A stretch of 64,000 bases of DNA from Terriglobia bacterium (GTDB lineage Bacteria; Acidobacteriota; Terriglobia; 20CM-2-55-15): positions 525,356 through 589,355 of the forward strand of contig CAXWPJ010000012.1 in NCBI GenBank assembly GCA_963664115.2, written 5' to 3'. The position numbers were made by a program, and so were the translations under genes. Of this stretch, positions 35,209 through 45,125 are shown in pieces. The notes beneath the pieces were generated by a model. The model did not search any database, had not been told where the DNA came from, and saw nothing but the letters and a program-made list of their open reading frames with translations. Numbering within the stretch: the first letter of the stretch is position 1; the number at the start of each line of letters is the position of its first letter.

Positions 35209-35754
35209 GTGGCACTGACCGCAACCATCTACACCTTCTCTATCGAGCTGGCCGACGCTGATCGCGGGGTCTACGAGACGCTCGAACTCCGCCTCGCCCG
35301 CCATCCGTCGGAAACAGAGGACTATCTGGTCACACGCGTACTCGGGTACTGCCTGGCCTATGAGGAAGGCATCAGCTTCTCGAAGGGACTCCCCGACTCG
35401 GAAGAACCCCCCATCACGGTGCGCGACCTGACTGGCGCTCTGCGGGTGTGGATCGACATCGGGGCGCCCGCCGCGGCGCGTCTGCACAGGGCGAGCAAGG
35501 CCGCCCCCCGCGTTGTGGTCTTCACGCACAGGGATCCCGTGCGGCTCGTCCGCCAGTGGTCCGGCGAACGAATTCACCGCGCAGCGGAACTGGAGCTGTA
35601 CAGTTTCGATCGAACGCTGATCGCCGCGATCGTGGCTCGACTGAAGCGTCGGATGTCGCTTGGGTTGTCGGTGACCGGAGGACATCTGTACGTCGCAATC
35701 GACGACGAGTCAGTGGATGGAGTCGTGGAGCAGCACGCACTTCCTACGGAGTAA
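35209..35754 (+). CDS. yaeQ: YaeQ family protein
   Basis: ALTATIY..LADADRG.Y..LARHPSET and SKGL....EP....DLTG....WIDIG motifs. Confidence 0.9.
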   Translation: MALTATIYTFSIELADADRGVYETLELRLARHPSETEDYLVTRVLGYCLAYEEGISFSKGLPDSEEPPITVRDLTGALRVWIDIGAPAAARLHRASKAAPRVVVFTHRDPVRLVRQWSGERIHRAAELELYSFDRTLIAAIVARLKRRMSLGLSVTGGHLYVAIDDESVDGVVEQHALPTE

Positions 35755-36113
35755 TGTGCAGAGCCCCGACGAAATCGTCATGGAAGCGCTGTCAAGTTAA
35801 GCTGACTGGTGGCGTTTTGGCCCCCCTCCACCACTTCTAACTTGCGTACTGAGTCTGAAAGGCAAGAGTTAGAGGCAATGAGCGGGTCAAGTGCTGCCAA
35901 ACGACCTTCCCGTCATCTGACCAACGCGCCTTGTTTCGGCCATTTGCCAAATGACGCCAAGATGATTTATCAGGACTTGAACTCGAAAACCAGGGGATCG
36001 GCTCCCGTTCCTTCAATTCCTAGAACCAGTTTTTGCCCCTCCATGGAGGTGGGGTTCCGGGAGCGCCAATTAAGATTGCGTCATTTGCTCGATAGGCAGC
36101 TAAATTAAGAGTC

Positions 36114-36962
36114 ATGAAATTCGGGATTTCGATTTTTGATACCGATTATGCGATCCGGATCGACGAGGTGGCGCACGCAGTCGAAGAACGCGGTTTTGAG
36201 TCACTCTGGGTCCCGGAGCACACTCACATCCCCAAGAGCCGCCGGAGTCCCTGGCCCGGCGGGGCCGAGCTACCTAAAGAGTACTGGCACACGCATGATC
36301 CTTTTGTATCGCTCGCCGTAGCGGCTGCTGCCACAACCCGGCTGAAGATCGCTACCGGGGTCTGCCTAGTTGTGGAGCGCGACCCGATCACATTGGCGAA
36401 GGAGGTGGCAAGTCTGGATTTCCTCTCCGGCGGCCGGTTCATCTTTGGGATAGGCGGCGGCTGGAATGCGGAGGAGATGGAAAACCATGGCACGGACTTC
36501 GGGAAACGATGGCACGTCCTCCGCGAGCGGATCCTGGCCATGAAGGAAATTTGGATGAACGAGGAAGCAGAATTCCACGGCGAGTTCGTCAACTTCGAGC
36601 CGATCTGGTCCTACCCTAAGCCTGTCCAGAAGCCCCATCCACCAATACTCTTGGGCGTTAACAAGCCTGCGGGGCGCCAGCATGTTGTCGACTACTGCGA
36701 CGGTTGGCTCCCGCTAGCCGCACGAGCAGGCCGCTTGTCCGACGGCATCGTGGACCTGCGACAGAGAGCGGAGAAGGCCGACCGGGATGCGGCAACACTC
36801 TCGGTATCCGTGTACGGTGCCAGGCCTGACAAGGCCGCGGTTGAGGAATACGTGGCTGCGGGCGCCGAGCGTATTATCTTCACGCTGCCCGCGGCCGACC
36901 GCGATACCGTGCTGCCGATTTTGGATAATTGGAGGAAGCTGATTCAGGAACACGCGGGGTAA
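36114..36962 (+). CDS. LLM-class F420-dependent oxidoreductase
   Basis: GFESLWVPEHTHIP, LAKEVASLDFLSGGR and PKPVQKPHPP motifs. Confidence 0.92.
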   Translation: MKFGISIFDTDYAIRIDEVAHAVEERGFESLWVPEHTHIPKSRRSPWPGGAELPKEYWHTHDPFVSLAVAAAATTRLKIATGVCLVVERDPITLAKEVASLDFLSGGRFIFGIGGGWNAEEMENHGTDFGKRWHVLRERILAMKEIWMNEEAEFHGEFVNFEPIWSYPKPVQKPHPPILLGVNKPAGRQHVVDYCDGWLPLAARAGRLSDGIVDLRQRAEKADRDAATLSVSVYGARPDKAAVEEYVAAGAERIIFTLPAADRDTVLPILDNWRKLIQEHAG

Positions 36963-37006
36963 AAGGCAGAATCAAAACTAGCCTCGTTATGACGGAGGTT
37001 CAGAAA

Positions 37007-37275
37007 TCACGGCACCGGCACTCGTTCCTTCAGTTCTTCAAACCAGACTTCATGAGTGGGCGCTCACCCCGAATGATGAAAATCCCGTTTTGCGCCCTAA
37101 ACACCCAGAAGGGAGCAAAACGCCCGTACTGAATCTAAAGAACTTACCCCATATTTTCGTAACAGTTCAGGACGATGTTGATTTGGGGGCGGGCGGGTGC
37201 AATTACTTCGGTTCGGTCTGCCGCGAAGGCCATCAAGAACTGTTCGCCGTCGGGCGTGATGTCGTAGTCGCGATA
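37007..37275 (-). pseudogene. 3' remnant of a Ser/Thr kinase-PD40 propeller gene, interrupted by a 116-bp insert
   Basis: YDITPDGEQFLM...QINIVLN[insert]WFEELKERVPVP*. Confidence 0.75.
37047..37162. mobile_element. Short non-coding insert (MITE-like), copy 1 of 3
   Basis: ACTTCATGAGTGGGCGCTCAC...ACTTAC...TTTTCGTAA flanked by a duplicated CAG. Homologues at 52676-52797 and 60117-60229. Confidence 0.65.
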
Positions 37276-37849
37276 GCTGATCTCCACCGTGAACTCTTCG
37301 ATGGGAAACGTGGTTTCGTTCGTGAACCTGACACCCACGGAATTGCTTTACCTGTGCGGGATCCCCACAGCCGCCGGGATTGCAGCCCGGGCGCACTCAG
37401 CGGCCCCATGGGAGGGATGCTGCCCAACGTTCGGCAACACCGGAGAAGTTCTAACTGGAAGCTGGCCTCAAATTGCCTGTTGCGCAGACTGACGACGCGA
37501 TCCGCCACGCCCGCATTACGACAGGGAATCAGGCGATAACTACATCCATGAAGGAAGCCTTGCTCAAATCCTGCGCCGCCTCTCCAACAACGTATTGATC
37601 GCACGTGCTGCGTCGTCGGGATCACCAAACTTGCAGGGCTCGGTGTCGATAACAGTTTCATCGTAAAGCATAGTGAAGCCGGTCATGTTTCTGCCGAAGG
37701 CAAACATAGGATGGACCATCAACCAGCGCCCCATTTCTGTCCAAGCCTCAAGCAGTGGTGGGTGTTCCATGTCAATGGGCCTGGCCAGCCAACCGAACCA
37801 AGCCGCGAGGGTCAACCAGGCACGGGCAGCGCCGATAGGACGTGATTTC

Positions 37850-38359
37850 TCAGCGAAACTCGGCCACGACGCCATCCCGAATAACTACAATAGTCCCGCC
37901 GAAGATCAGCTTTTCCGACTGCCTGCTGACAACTTGTGCGTCGGGTCTTCCGAAACGCTCAATCACGTCGGCCCGAGGGGAACCCACCAGAATCTGCCCA
38001 GTACCCGAGCTGTTGCCTCTAGAGGGCCGCGTCGCTATGGCTAGTCGGTCTGAACGCTCGACGATCCCGGTGCCGTAATACCCTGTACCGTAGCCGTCAC
38101 CGTAGTACCTGCCAGGAAAGAAACCCCGATTCCCCAGTGTGACTATGCCGATCACTTGGGTCGCTGTGCGGGGCTCAAATCCAGGTGCGACCTTCACGGC
38201 CCGTGGACCAACGAGAATCACTGTAGGACCGACGCCAACCGGATAGCCCAGAACACCCGGATAACCCAGGACCTCGGGATAGATAAGGTGCTGGGCGGCC
38301 AGGGCCGCAGGGAACACGATCAACGTTGCCAGAGCTGCAATGACTGCTTTACTCTTCAT
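37850..38359 (-). CDS. Secreted hypothetical protein
   Basis: GGAGG RBS, signal peptide and C-terminal VIERFGRPD motif. Confidence 0.65.
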   Translation of the reverse strand: MKSKAVIAALATLIVFPAALAAQHLIYPEVLGYPGVLGYPVGVGPTVILVGPRAVKVAPGFEPRTATQVIGIVTLGNRGFFPGRYYGDGYGTGYYGTGIVERSDRLAIATRPSRGNSSGTGQILVGSPRADVIERFGRPDAQVVSRQSEKLIFGGTIVVIRDGVVAEFR

Positions 38360-38460
38360 ACCCGTTACCCCTCCACGGTTTGCGTGGAAAGGGACTCCTT
38401 TACCCTATCAGACGAGCGCAAGCTGTGAAAACGTTGGGTGGTCCAGAATGTCAACGTCCG

Positions 38461-39135
38461 GTCGAGTAGACCCGGGGAATTTCACCCCGAGTCCCTCACA
38501 GAACCGTGCTTGAACCTCTCGATTCACACGGCTCTTGCCAGCCGTTCGCCGACCACCTCACGGTGGGGGGCCGACACCCGATGAATCCGGCTCCTCCCGC
38601 TTGCGCGGTTGGCCAGTTCCAAAGAGCGAGCTGGCTCATCCCCTTCGCTCCCCTCCCATTACAAGAGGTTCATCACTACTACAGGATGATCCGCCCCTGA
38701 ACTCCGCATCCGTACTCTCGCCCTCGTGGTTCTGGCCACTTGTGGCTTCTCCGTTAGCATCGAAGTTCAGGTTCCCACGTTCCGCTCAACCGCCTCTTGG
38801 TAAGCTCAGGCCACCTCTCATGCCGGAGGCCACTCCGCCCGTAAACAGGTTCCGTCGGAGCTCGTCCCGCAGTATCTTCTCCCTGCGGTTTTGGCCATCG
38901 TCTTTAAATTTTCGACACTTCAACAGTGGTTCCCTTTCGGTCCTCTTCTTACCAGTCACCTGACCCAGTCATCGCCGGGCCTTTTCCTTCTGCGCTCACG
39001 ACCATGGCTTTTGACCACAGCCGCCAGAGGTGGTTTGAAACCGACGCCTGTACGCCGGCTCCGAGGGGCCCTCCCTCATCAGTTGAGTAGTTACGCACTC
39101 GATGACCTTGCGGCCCCCGAGCACTCGTGGCACAC
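38461..39135 (-). ncRNA. ORF-less group II intron (675 nt) inserted in a 40-bp repeat
   Basis: 5' GTGTGCC end, domain V GAGCCGTGTGAATCGAGAGGTTCAAGCACGGTTC, domain VI ending TCTACTCGAC. Removal restores TCAACGTCCG|AGAAGATGATTTATCGGGACTTGA. Confidence 0.9.
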
Positions 39136-39171
39136 AGAAGATGATTTATCGGGACTTGACCTTGAAAATCA

Positions 39172-40772
39172 GAGTTATAACCGAATCTGGTGTTTGAGGG
39201 ATTGAATAAGAGCGGCGTATCTGGTTGATTTGTTGTGACAAAACTTCAAAGCAACCATAGGAGATACGCCACTGTGAGCAAGAGTAACGTGAATGGACCG
39301 GAAGGTCGAGAAACGATTGAGGATCCAGTAACAGAACTACTACGAGTTGGGGCACAGCAACTGATCCAACGCGCAGTGGAAGCCGAATTGGCAGAGCTGC
39401 TATCCCAGCACGGTGGCCGGCGAACTGAGACAGGAAACGCCGGGGTGGTACGCAACGGTTATCTGCCGGAACGCGAACTGCAGACGGGATTGGGTCCGGT
39501 AACAGTCCAAATCCCGAAGGTCCGTGCCAAGACGGGCGAAGCTGTGACGTTCCGATCGGCCCTGGTACCACCGTACATTCGGAAGACGAAGTCGCTGGAA
39601 GCAGCGGTGCCGTGGTTGTATTTGAAAGGCGTTTCCAGCGGCGAGATGGGTGAGGCCCTAAAAGTTCTTGTCGGTCCCCAGGCGCAGGGTCTGTCGGCGA
39701 GCACGGTATCGCGGTTGAAACAGGTTTGGGGCGAACAGTACCGCCTCGGATGCGAGGAGCGTTTGGATGCAGATCGCTGGGTCTATGTCTGGGCCGACGG
39801 CATCTACAGCGGACTTCGGGCGGAACAAACCAAGTTGTGTGCATTGGTCGTGATCGGCGTGAATGAACGCGGAGAGAAGCGTTTCCTGGCGATCGAAGAC
39901 GGTGTACGGGAATCGACACAGAGTTGGCGCGAGGTCTTGTTGAAGCTGAAGTCCCGTGGGATGAATGTTCCGAAGTTGGCCATCGGTGACGGTGCGATGG
40001 GGTTCTGGGCCGCACTGGAGGAAATCTATCCCGAGACACGTCAACAACGTTGCTGGATGCACAAAGTCATGAACGTCCTCAACTGCCTGCCCAAGTCGGT
40101 CCAGGCGAAGGCGAAACAGGCCCTGCACTCGATCTGGCAGGCCGAGACGAAGGCAGACGCCGAGAAGGCATTCGACTTGTTCATTGAAACCTATGAACCG
40201 AAGTATCCGAAAGCCACACTCTGCCTGCAGAAAGACAGAGAGGAACTGCTGGCCTTTTACGACTTTCCGGCCAAGCACTGGCAGAGCATCAGAACGACGA
40301 ATCCCATTGAGTCGACCTTTGCCACCATTCGACACCGAACGAAGCGATCCAGAGGTTGCCTGACACGGGATGGCATGCTGCACATGATGTTCAAACTGGG
40401 CCAGTGCGCTGAGAACAATTGGCGACGATTACGAGGATTCGATGATCTGAGCAGAGAGTAACTGCTGGCCTTTTACGACTTTCCGGCCAAGCACTGGCAG
40501 AGCATCAGAACGACGAATCCCATTGAGTCGACCTTTGCCACCATTCGACACCGAACGAAGCGATCCAGAGGTTGCCTGACACGGGATGGCATGCTGCACA
40601 TGATGTTCAAACTGGGCCAGTGCGCTGAGAACAATTGGCGACGATTACGAGGATTCGATGATCTGAGCAAGGTAATCATCGGAGTGAAATTCAACGATGG
40701 TGTCGAAGCGACACAAGTCGATCAGGCCGCCGCTTGAATCAATCTCCTAAACACCACTTTTGACAATAACTC
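39172..40772 (+). mobile_element. IS256-family element with internal ~215-bp tandem duplication
   Basis: RNGY, WADGIY, IGDGAMG and RTTNPIES motifs. Ends GAGTTATAACCG / TTGACAATAACTC with 9-bp TSD TGAAAATCA. Confidence 0.92.
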
Positions 40773-40919
40773 TGAAAATCAGGGAACCGGAAATCTAAGG
40801 ATATGCAGGAGGTTCGCTATATTGCCGGGGCAAGTGCGTATCCACTGTCTCGTAAGCTTCCCTGTCAAGGAGATAGAAAAGCTTACAAGATCAGTACGAG
40901 TGTCAGCTCAGGTTCCGTA

Positions 40920-41759
40920 CTACTGCAGCGCAGGCAGGTTCCTGCCGCCTGTCGCGACGAAGCTGACGCAGTCTCCCTGATTCTTGAAGACGCCGAAATC
41001 CTGCCATCCGCCCCTCTTGCACTGGTTCGCATTAGTGGGCAGCGTTGGCGGCGGTGGCAGCACTCGCTCGAACGCCACGGTATAGGTGGCTTGGCCTTCA
41101 CCCCGGTCGGTATTGTCCCCAGAAGGGCGGGACGCCTGAAAAAAGGTCACCGTATAGGACTGGCCCGCGACTAGGGACAGGGCATCGACCGTTTTGATGT
41201 TAGGAAGAGGGGGGGGAGGGGAACCGAAGGCCTGCAAGAAACCGCGCTGGGTTCCCTGTGGAGGGGTCCAATCTCCAACATCACCACCCCAAGGGCCGGA
41301 GTTGCCCTCAATCACGCCGCCGAAGTTGGTATAGGTCCAAGGGAGTACCAGGGGTGACCCCGCCAGGTACTGAAACGCGCCGCTTGTTAAGTCCGGAACT
41401 TCGAATCCATCCTGAAATAACACCGTATTCGTCGCATCGTGCTCAACCACCACGGCGTCGAGAAAGATCGTGGCGTCGACCCCGCCGCCGGGTTGGCCAG
41501 CGATGGGGGCGTCCGTCATGTTGAAGTTCAGCGTGTAGTCACCCGTTTGCGTTGGGACGAACCCTGCTGAGTACGGATTGTTTGGCCAGAGTTCCCCGGT
41601 GGCGGTGGTGCGCGTAAAGATTACCTCCGCCTGTGCCAACGCCTGAGGTGAGGCGAATAGTATCGCGCAGATCGCTACCAACGCTGCATTTGCAAGAAAG
41701 CTGTGCCTAAAACTCGACGAAAAGTTCGTAAGGGTCTTCGCGATTCTGACAGTGTTCAT
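40920..41759 (-). CDS. Secreted hypothetical protein with C-terminal CKxGGW...FKNQGDCVS domain
   Basis: Signal peptide, AAGGAG RBS and the conserved-looking Cys tail. Confidence 0.7.
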   Translation of the reverse strand: MNTVRIAKTLTNFSSSFRHSFLANAALVAICAILFASPQALAQAEVIFTRTTATGELWPNNPYSAGFVPTQTGDYTLNFNMTDAPIAGQPGGGVDATIFLDAVVVEHDATNTVLFQDGFEVPDLTSGAFQYLAGSPLVLPWTYTNFGGVIEGNSGPWGGDVGDWTPPQGTQRGFLQAFGSPPPPLPNIKTVDALSLVAGQSYTVTFFQASRPSGDNTDRGEGQATYTVAFERVLPPPPTLPTNANQCKRGGWQDFGVFKNQGDCVSFVATGGRNLPALQ

Positions 41760-42242
41760 TCCACACTCCTTGTGTGTTTACAGTGATCGTTTCCTACGAC
41801 ATCATGAGGGGGCAACTGGATCCCGCCCCAGATCGATAATGCTCGGGCCGCAGTTCAATACCTGCTACCTTACCCATGACATTCATCGCTCAAGTGGCTG
41901 TTTTCGGGAACCAGATCGAGGGCCTAGTGTGGCGCTTGCAGAAGGTTTGCAGTTCTCACTGTGTGAGTTTCCTACTCTCGCAGCCCACAGCAAACAACTC
42001 GTGGGTTCCGCTGACTCCCTGTCAAGCGTTCCAATGTCACACTAATGAGTGTAACGCCTAGGAATGTAGCGGAAGCTGTGTCTGTAGTGCAACTAGGAAA
42101 ATAGCGAACGAGCCCGATTTGCGGATAAGCGGTTCAAGCATGGGCTGACGACTACGGCGGCGCTGACATTGTCGTAGTATGTTACTTAACCTGCCACTTT
42201 CAACTCGGGCACCTCGCCATCTCAACCATAACAAAGTCCACC

Positions 42243-42307
42243 ATTCCTCCCTTACCCAGGAGTGTCCCGATCTCGTAGTGACCGAGTTTGGTGCCCGATT
42301 GCATCAT
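42243..42307 (-). pseudogene. 5' remnant of a Ser/Thr kinase gene
   Basis: MMQSGTKLGHYEIGTLLGKGGM. Leader is shared with 48985 and 57750. Confidence 0.7.
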
Positions 42308-42728
42308 TAAAGTGTGTCGCTGGAAATACCGAGAAAAACTCTGCAAAGGATACTAAGGGAGGAAGTTAGGCGCTATTAAATTCTCAGGTCAAACGTTAGA
42401 TTCTTATCGGGAGTAACCCGGCGAGAGGCGAGGGGGACAAGTGGTGATGAATGACCGGGTTACTTTCGATGAGGGCGTTTGAAGGAAGCCGCCCACAGGT
42501 CAGGCGGCTATGTAGTTTGAAAGCGGTTTCGGGTATCGACGACGTGGAGGTGGACCGAGTAAGCGCCCCGGTTGAAACCAAAAGGTCGGTTTGAAGCTGG
42601 GGATTTGAGACTCACCGTATCTGAGAATGATGACTGAAACACTGTTGTCGTGGTGAATTTGGGCAACCAGACGCACGTCGGCTGAACGTGCCCGAGCACG
42701 TCGCCAGTTCCAATGGAATGGGGGGGTG

Positions 42729-43910
42729 TCAGGAAGAATCGAATCCCCTCCTTTCAAGTGGCCACCGGATCTGGGCCGCGGTGAGCCGCTCCCCGATCGT
42801 CATGGCCGCGCCGCAGTTGGGACAGCGCCAGGAGTTGGGGCGTGCATCGGTCGATCGTTCAGATGTCTGAGTCGCAGTAGCACCTCCTAACCAATGCCGG
42901 CACAAAGGCAGCAGTGAACCACGATGGCGGGCTGAGAGAAAACCAAAGAACCGGATGCGGACGAAGCGGCGCGGCAAGGTGTGGGTGAGAAAGCGGATGA
43001 GAAACTGTTCAGCCGGAAGCGTCATGTTGCGGGGTGCGTGCTTGTGCCGGGAGTCTTTCCAGCGAAACGTAACCTGACCGTCCTGGAGATCGACGAGGCG
43101 GTGGTTGGAGATGGCGACCCGATGTGTGTAACGGGCCAGATAGTGGAGTACGTGTTTGGGCCCGCCGAATGGACGCTTGGAGTAGACGACCCAGTCGATG
43201 TGATGGAGCGGGCCGATAAAGGCCGCGAATCGTTTCGGGTCGTTTAATGGGGCCAGATCGCCATAGAAACGTAGCTCTCCCCGCTTGAACGATCGCCGAA
43301 GCCGGTCCAGAAACTTACCCCGAAACACTTCACTGAGCACCTTCACTGGAAGGAAGAACCGATGGCGGGCCCGAATCCATCGGGTGTGGTCGCCCGACAG
43401 GCCACCGGCAGGAACGACACAATGGATGTGGGGATGATGACCCAGCGTCTGACTCCAGGTATGGAGCACGCTGAGCACGCCAATCTGGGCGCCCAGATGT
43501 TTCCCGTTGGCGGCCACTTCCTGCAACGTGGCCGCGCTGGCCCCAAACAGCAGGGCATAGATCACACGTTTGTTCTGATAAGCCAACCGCGCCAGGGGTT
43601 GGGGCAGGGTGAAAACGACATGCACGTAGCGAGTCGGCAGTAACTCCCCGGTGCGATCCGTCACCCACTGGTCACGGGCACGGGTCTGACACTTCGGGCA
43701 ATGCCGATTGCGGCACGAGTTGTAGGAGAGGGCGCGATAGTCGCAGTTCGATTCCGAGCATCGGTCCCGGTGGCCTCCCAGCGCCGCGGTGCGACACTGC
43801 TGAATAGAGTTGAGGACGCGCAACTGACCGCCATCGAGCCGGCGATGCGCCACCAGGTCGGAACCATGACGACGGATGATGTCGGCCACCTCAAGGGTGG
43901 GCCGGGTCAC
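42729..43910 (-). CDS. IS91-family (Y2 HUH) transposase
   Basis: YNSCRNRHCPKCQ, HPHIHC and YLARYTHR motifs. Confidence 0.92.
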   Translation of the reverse strand: MTRPTLEVADIIRRHGSDLVAHRRLDGGQLRVLNSIQQCRTAALGGHRDRCSESNCDYRALSYNSCRNRHCPKCQTRARDQWVTDRTGELLPTRYVHVVFTLPQPLARLAYQNKRVIYALLFGASAATLQEVAANGKHLGAQIGVLSVLHTWSQTLGHHPHIHCVVPAGGLSGDHTRWIRARHRFFLPVKVLSEVFRGKFLDRLRRSFKRGELRFYGDLAPLNDPKRFAAFIGPLHHIDWVVYSKRPFGGPKHVLHYLARYTHRVAISNHRLVDLQDGQVTFRWKDSRHKHAPRNMTLPAEQFLIRFLTHTLPRRFVRIRFFGFLSARHRGSLLPLCRHWLGGATATQTSERSTDARPNSWRCPNCGAAMTIGERLTAAQIRWPLERRGFDSS

Positions 43911-44791
43911 CGCAACCCGACTTCGCTTGAATCCAATAGCGGGATCTGATCCAGCGGATTCTTTATGGCCTGTAAGTGCCGGTTCGACAGATGCAGATAC
44001 AGCGTGGTGTGCTTCAGGTCAGCGTGGCCCAACAGGAGTTGAATCGTGTAGAGATCGGTCCCGTCTTCCAACAGGTGCGTTGCGTAGCTGTGTCGCAGGC
44101 TGTGAGGTGAGATCCGCTTGCGGAGAATCGCGCGCTCACGCGCTTCCCGGCAAGCGCGCCACACCATCTTCGTGGAGATCGGTGCATCGACCCGACGGCG
44201 CCGTTTCATGCCCGGAAACAGGTAGGTCTTCGGCTTCATCCAGCGCGCGTACTGGCGCAATGTCTCCAGTAGTCGTGGACTCAGCGGCACGGCCCGGTCC
44301 CGTCCGCGTTTCCCACCCCGGATCTGAATCACCATCCGTGCGCTGTCGATGTCCTCTATTTTGAGGCACACCAGTTCACCGCGACGCATCCCGGTGCCGT
44401 AGAGCGTCATCAGCATCGCCCGCTGCATCAACGTGCGACACCCATCGATCAATCGGGCCACTTCCCCACGAGAGAGCACGACCGGCAATCGCCGATCCTG
44501 TTTCGGCATCGGTGTGTGTTCGAGCAGATAGGTCCGATTCAGTGTCTTAACGAAGAAGAAGCGTAATGCCGAGACGTGTTGCGCCACTGTCCGGGCCGAC
44601 AACCCCCGATCTCGAAACAGGTGCACCTGGTACTGCCGGATCTCGTCGGCTCCCAATCGGTCCGGCGCTCGGCGGAAATGTCGGGCAAAGTTCCCCAGGA
44701 TTCTCAGGTAGGTCTGTACCGTTCTCGGAGCGTAATTACGTCGCTGGAGCTCGTCCAGCATCAACCTGCGGTTGGGCGTCATTCGGATCAT
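43907..44791 (-). CDS. Tyrosine recombinase/integrase
   Basis: YGTGMR..E, GKRGRDR, HSLRHSYATHLLE and LLGH..TT.Y motifs. Confidence 0.92.
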   Translation of the reverse strand: MIRMTPNRRLMLDELQRRNYAPRTVQTYLRILGNFARHFRRAPDRLGADEIRQYQVHLFRDRGLSARTVAQHVSALRFFFVKTLNRTYLLEHTPMPKQDRRLPVVLSRGEVARLIDGCRTLMQRAMLMTLYGTGMRRGELVCLKIEDIDSARMVIQIRGGKRGRDRAVPLSPRLLETLRQYARWMKPKTYLFPGMKRRRRVDAPISTKMVWRACREARERAILRKRISPHSLRHSYATHLLEDGTDLYTIQLLLGHADLKHTTLYLHLSNRHLQAIKNPLDQIPLLDSSEVGLR

Positions 44792-44983
44792 AGAGATATC
44801 CCTCCTGTATCTCTACAACCCGATACCCTCCCTCAGTCAGGCCCGGTCCTTCACCACGCACGCAAAGCGTCCGCCGCGCCAGCGGCTTAGTTCAAACGAC
44901 ATTGTCGGACGTTGAGAAAAGGCCTGGGAAATGGGGGTTCTCAAGGTCCGAGAAGATGATTTATCAGGACTTGAACTCGAAAA

Positions 44984-45118
44984 TCACGGCATCGGCACCC
45001 GCTCCTTCAGTTCTTCAAACCACTTCAGGACGATGTTGATCCGGGACCGCCTCGCCCCACCGATGTCAGCTCTGCCAGCTGGAACAATCGTGATGAATTC
45101 TTCGCCGGCTGGGTGATG
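44984..45118 (-). pseudogene. 3' remnant of a Ser/Thr kinase-PD40 gene
   Basis: ...EEFITIVPAG...RINIVLKWFEELKERVPMP*. Similar tails start at 21224, 27751, 34389, 35990, 40779, 49143, 50826, 52636, 57931 and 60076. Confidence 0.75.
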
Positions 45119-45125
45119 CCCACTT

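Larger units (their letters stand above)
42389..44898 (-). mobile_element. Tyrosine recombinase + IS91-like transposase element, flanked by a 7-bp direct repeat TCAAACG
   Basis: Two overlapping genes. TCAAACG occurs at 42389-42395 and 44892-44898, and the element splits an inverted repeat copy. Confidence 0.75.

Noticed and set aside
43907-44791. Tyrosine recombinase as an integron integrase (IntI) for the array
   Set aside because: No evident IntI-specific insertion before the HxLRH motif. It overlaps an IS91-like transposase gene and the whole unit interrupts a repeat, so it looks like a passenger element.
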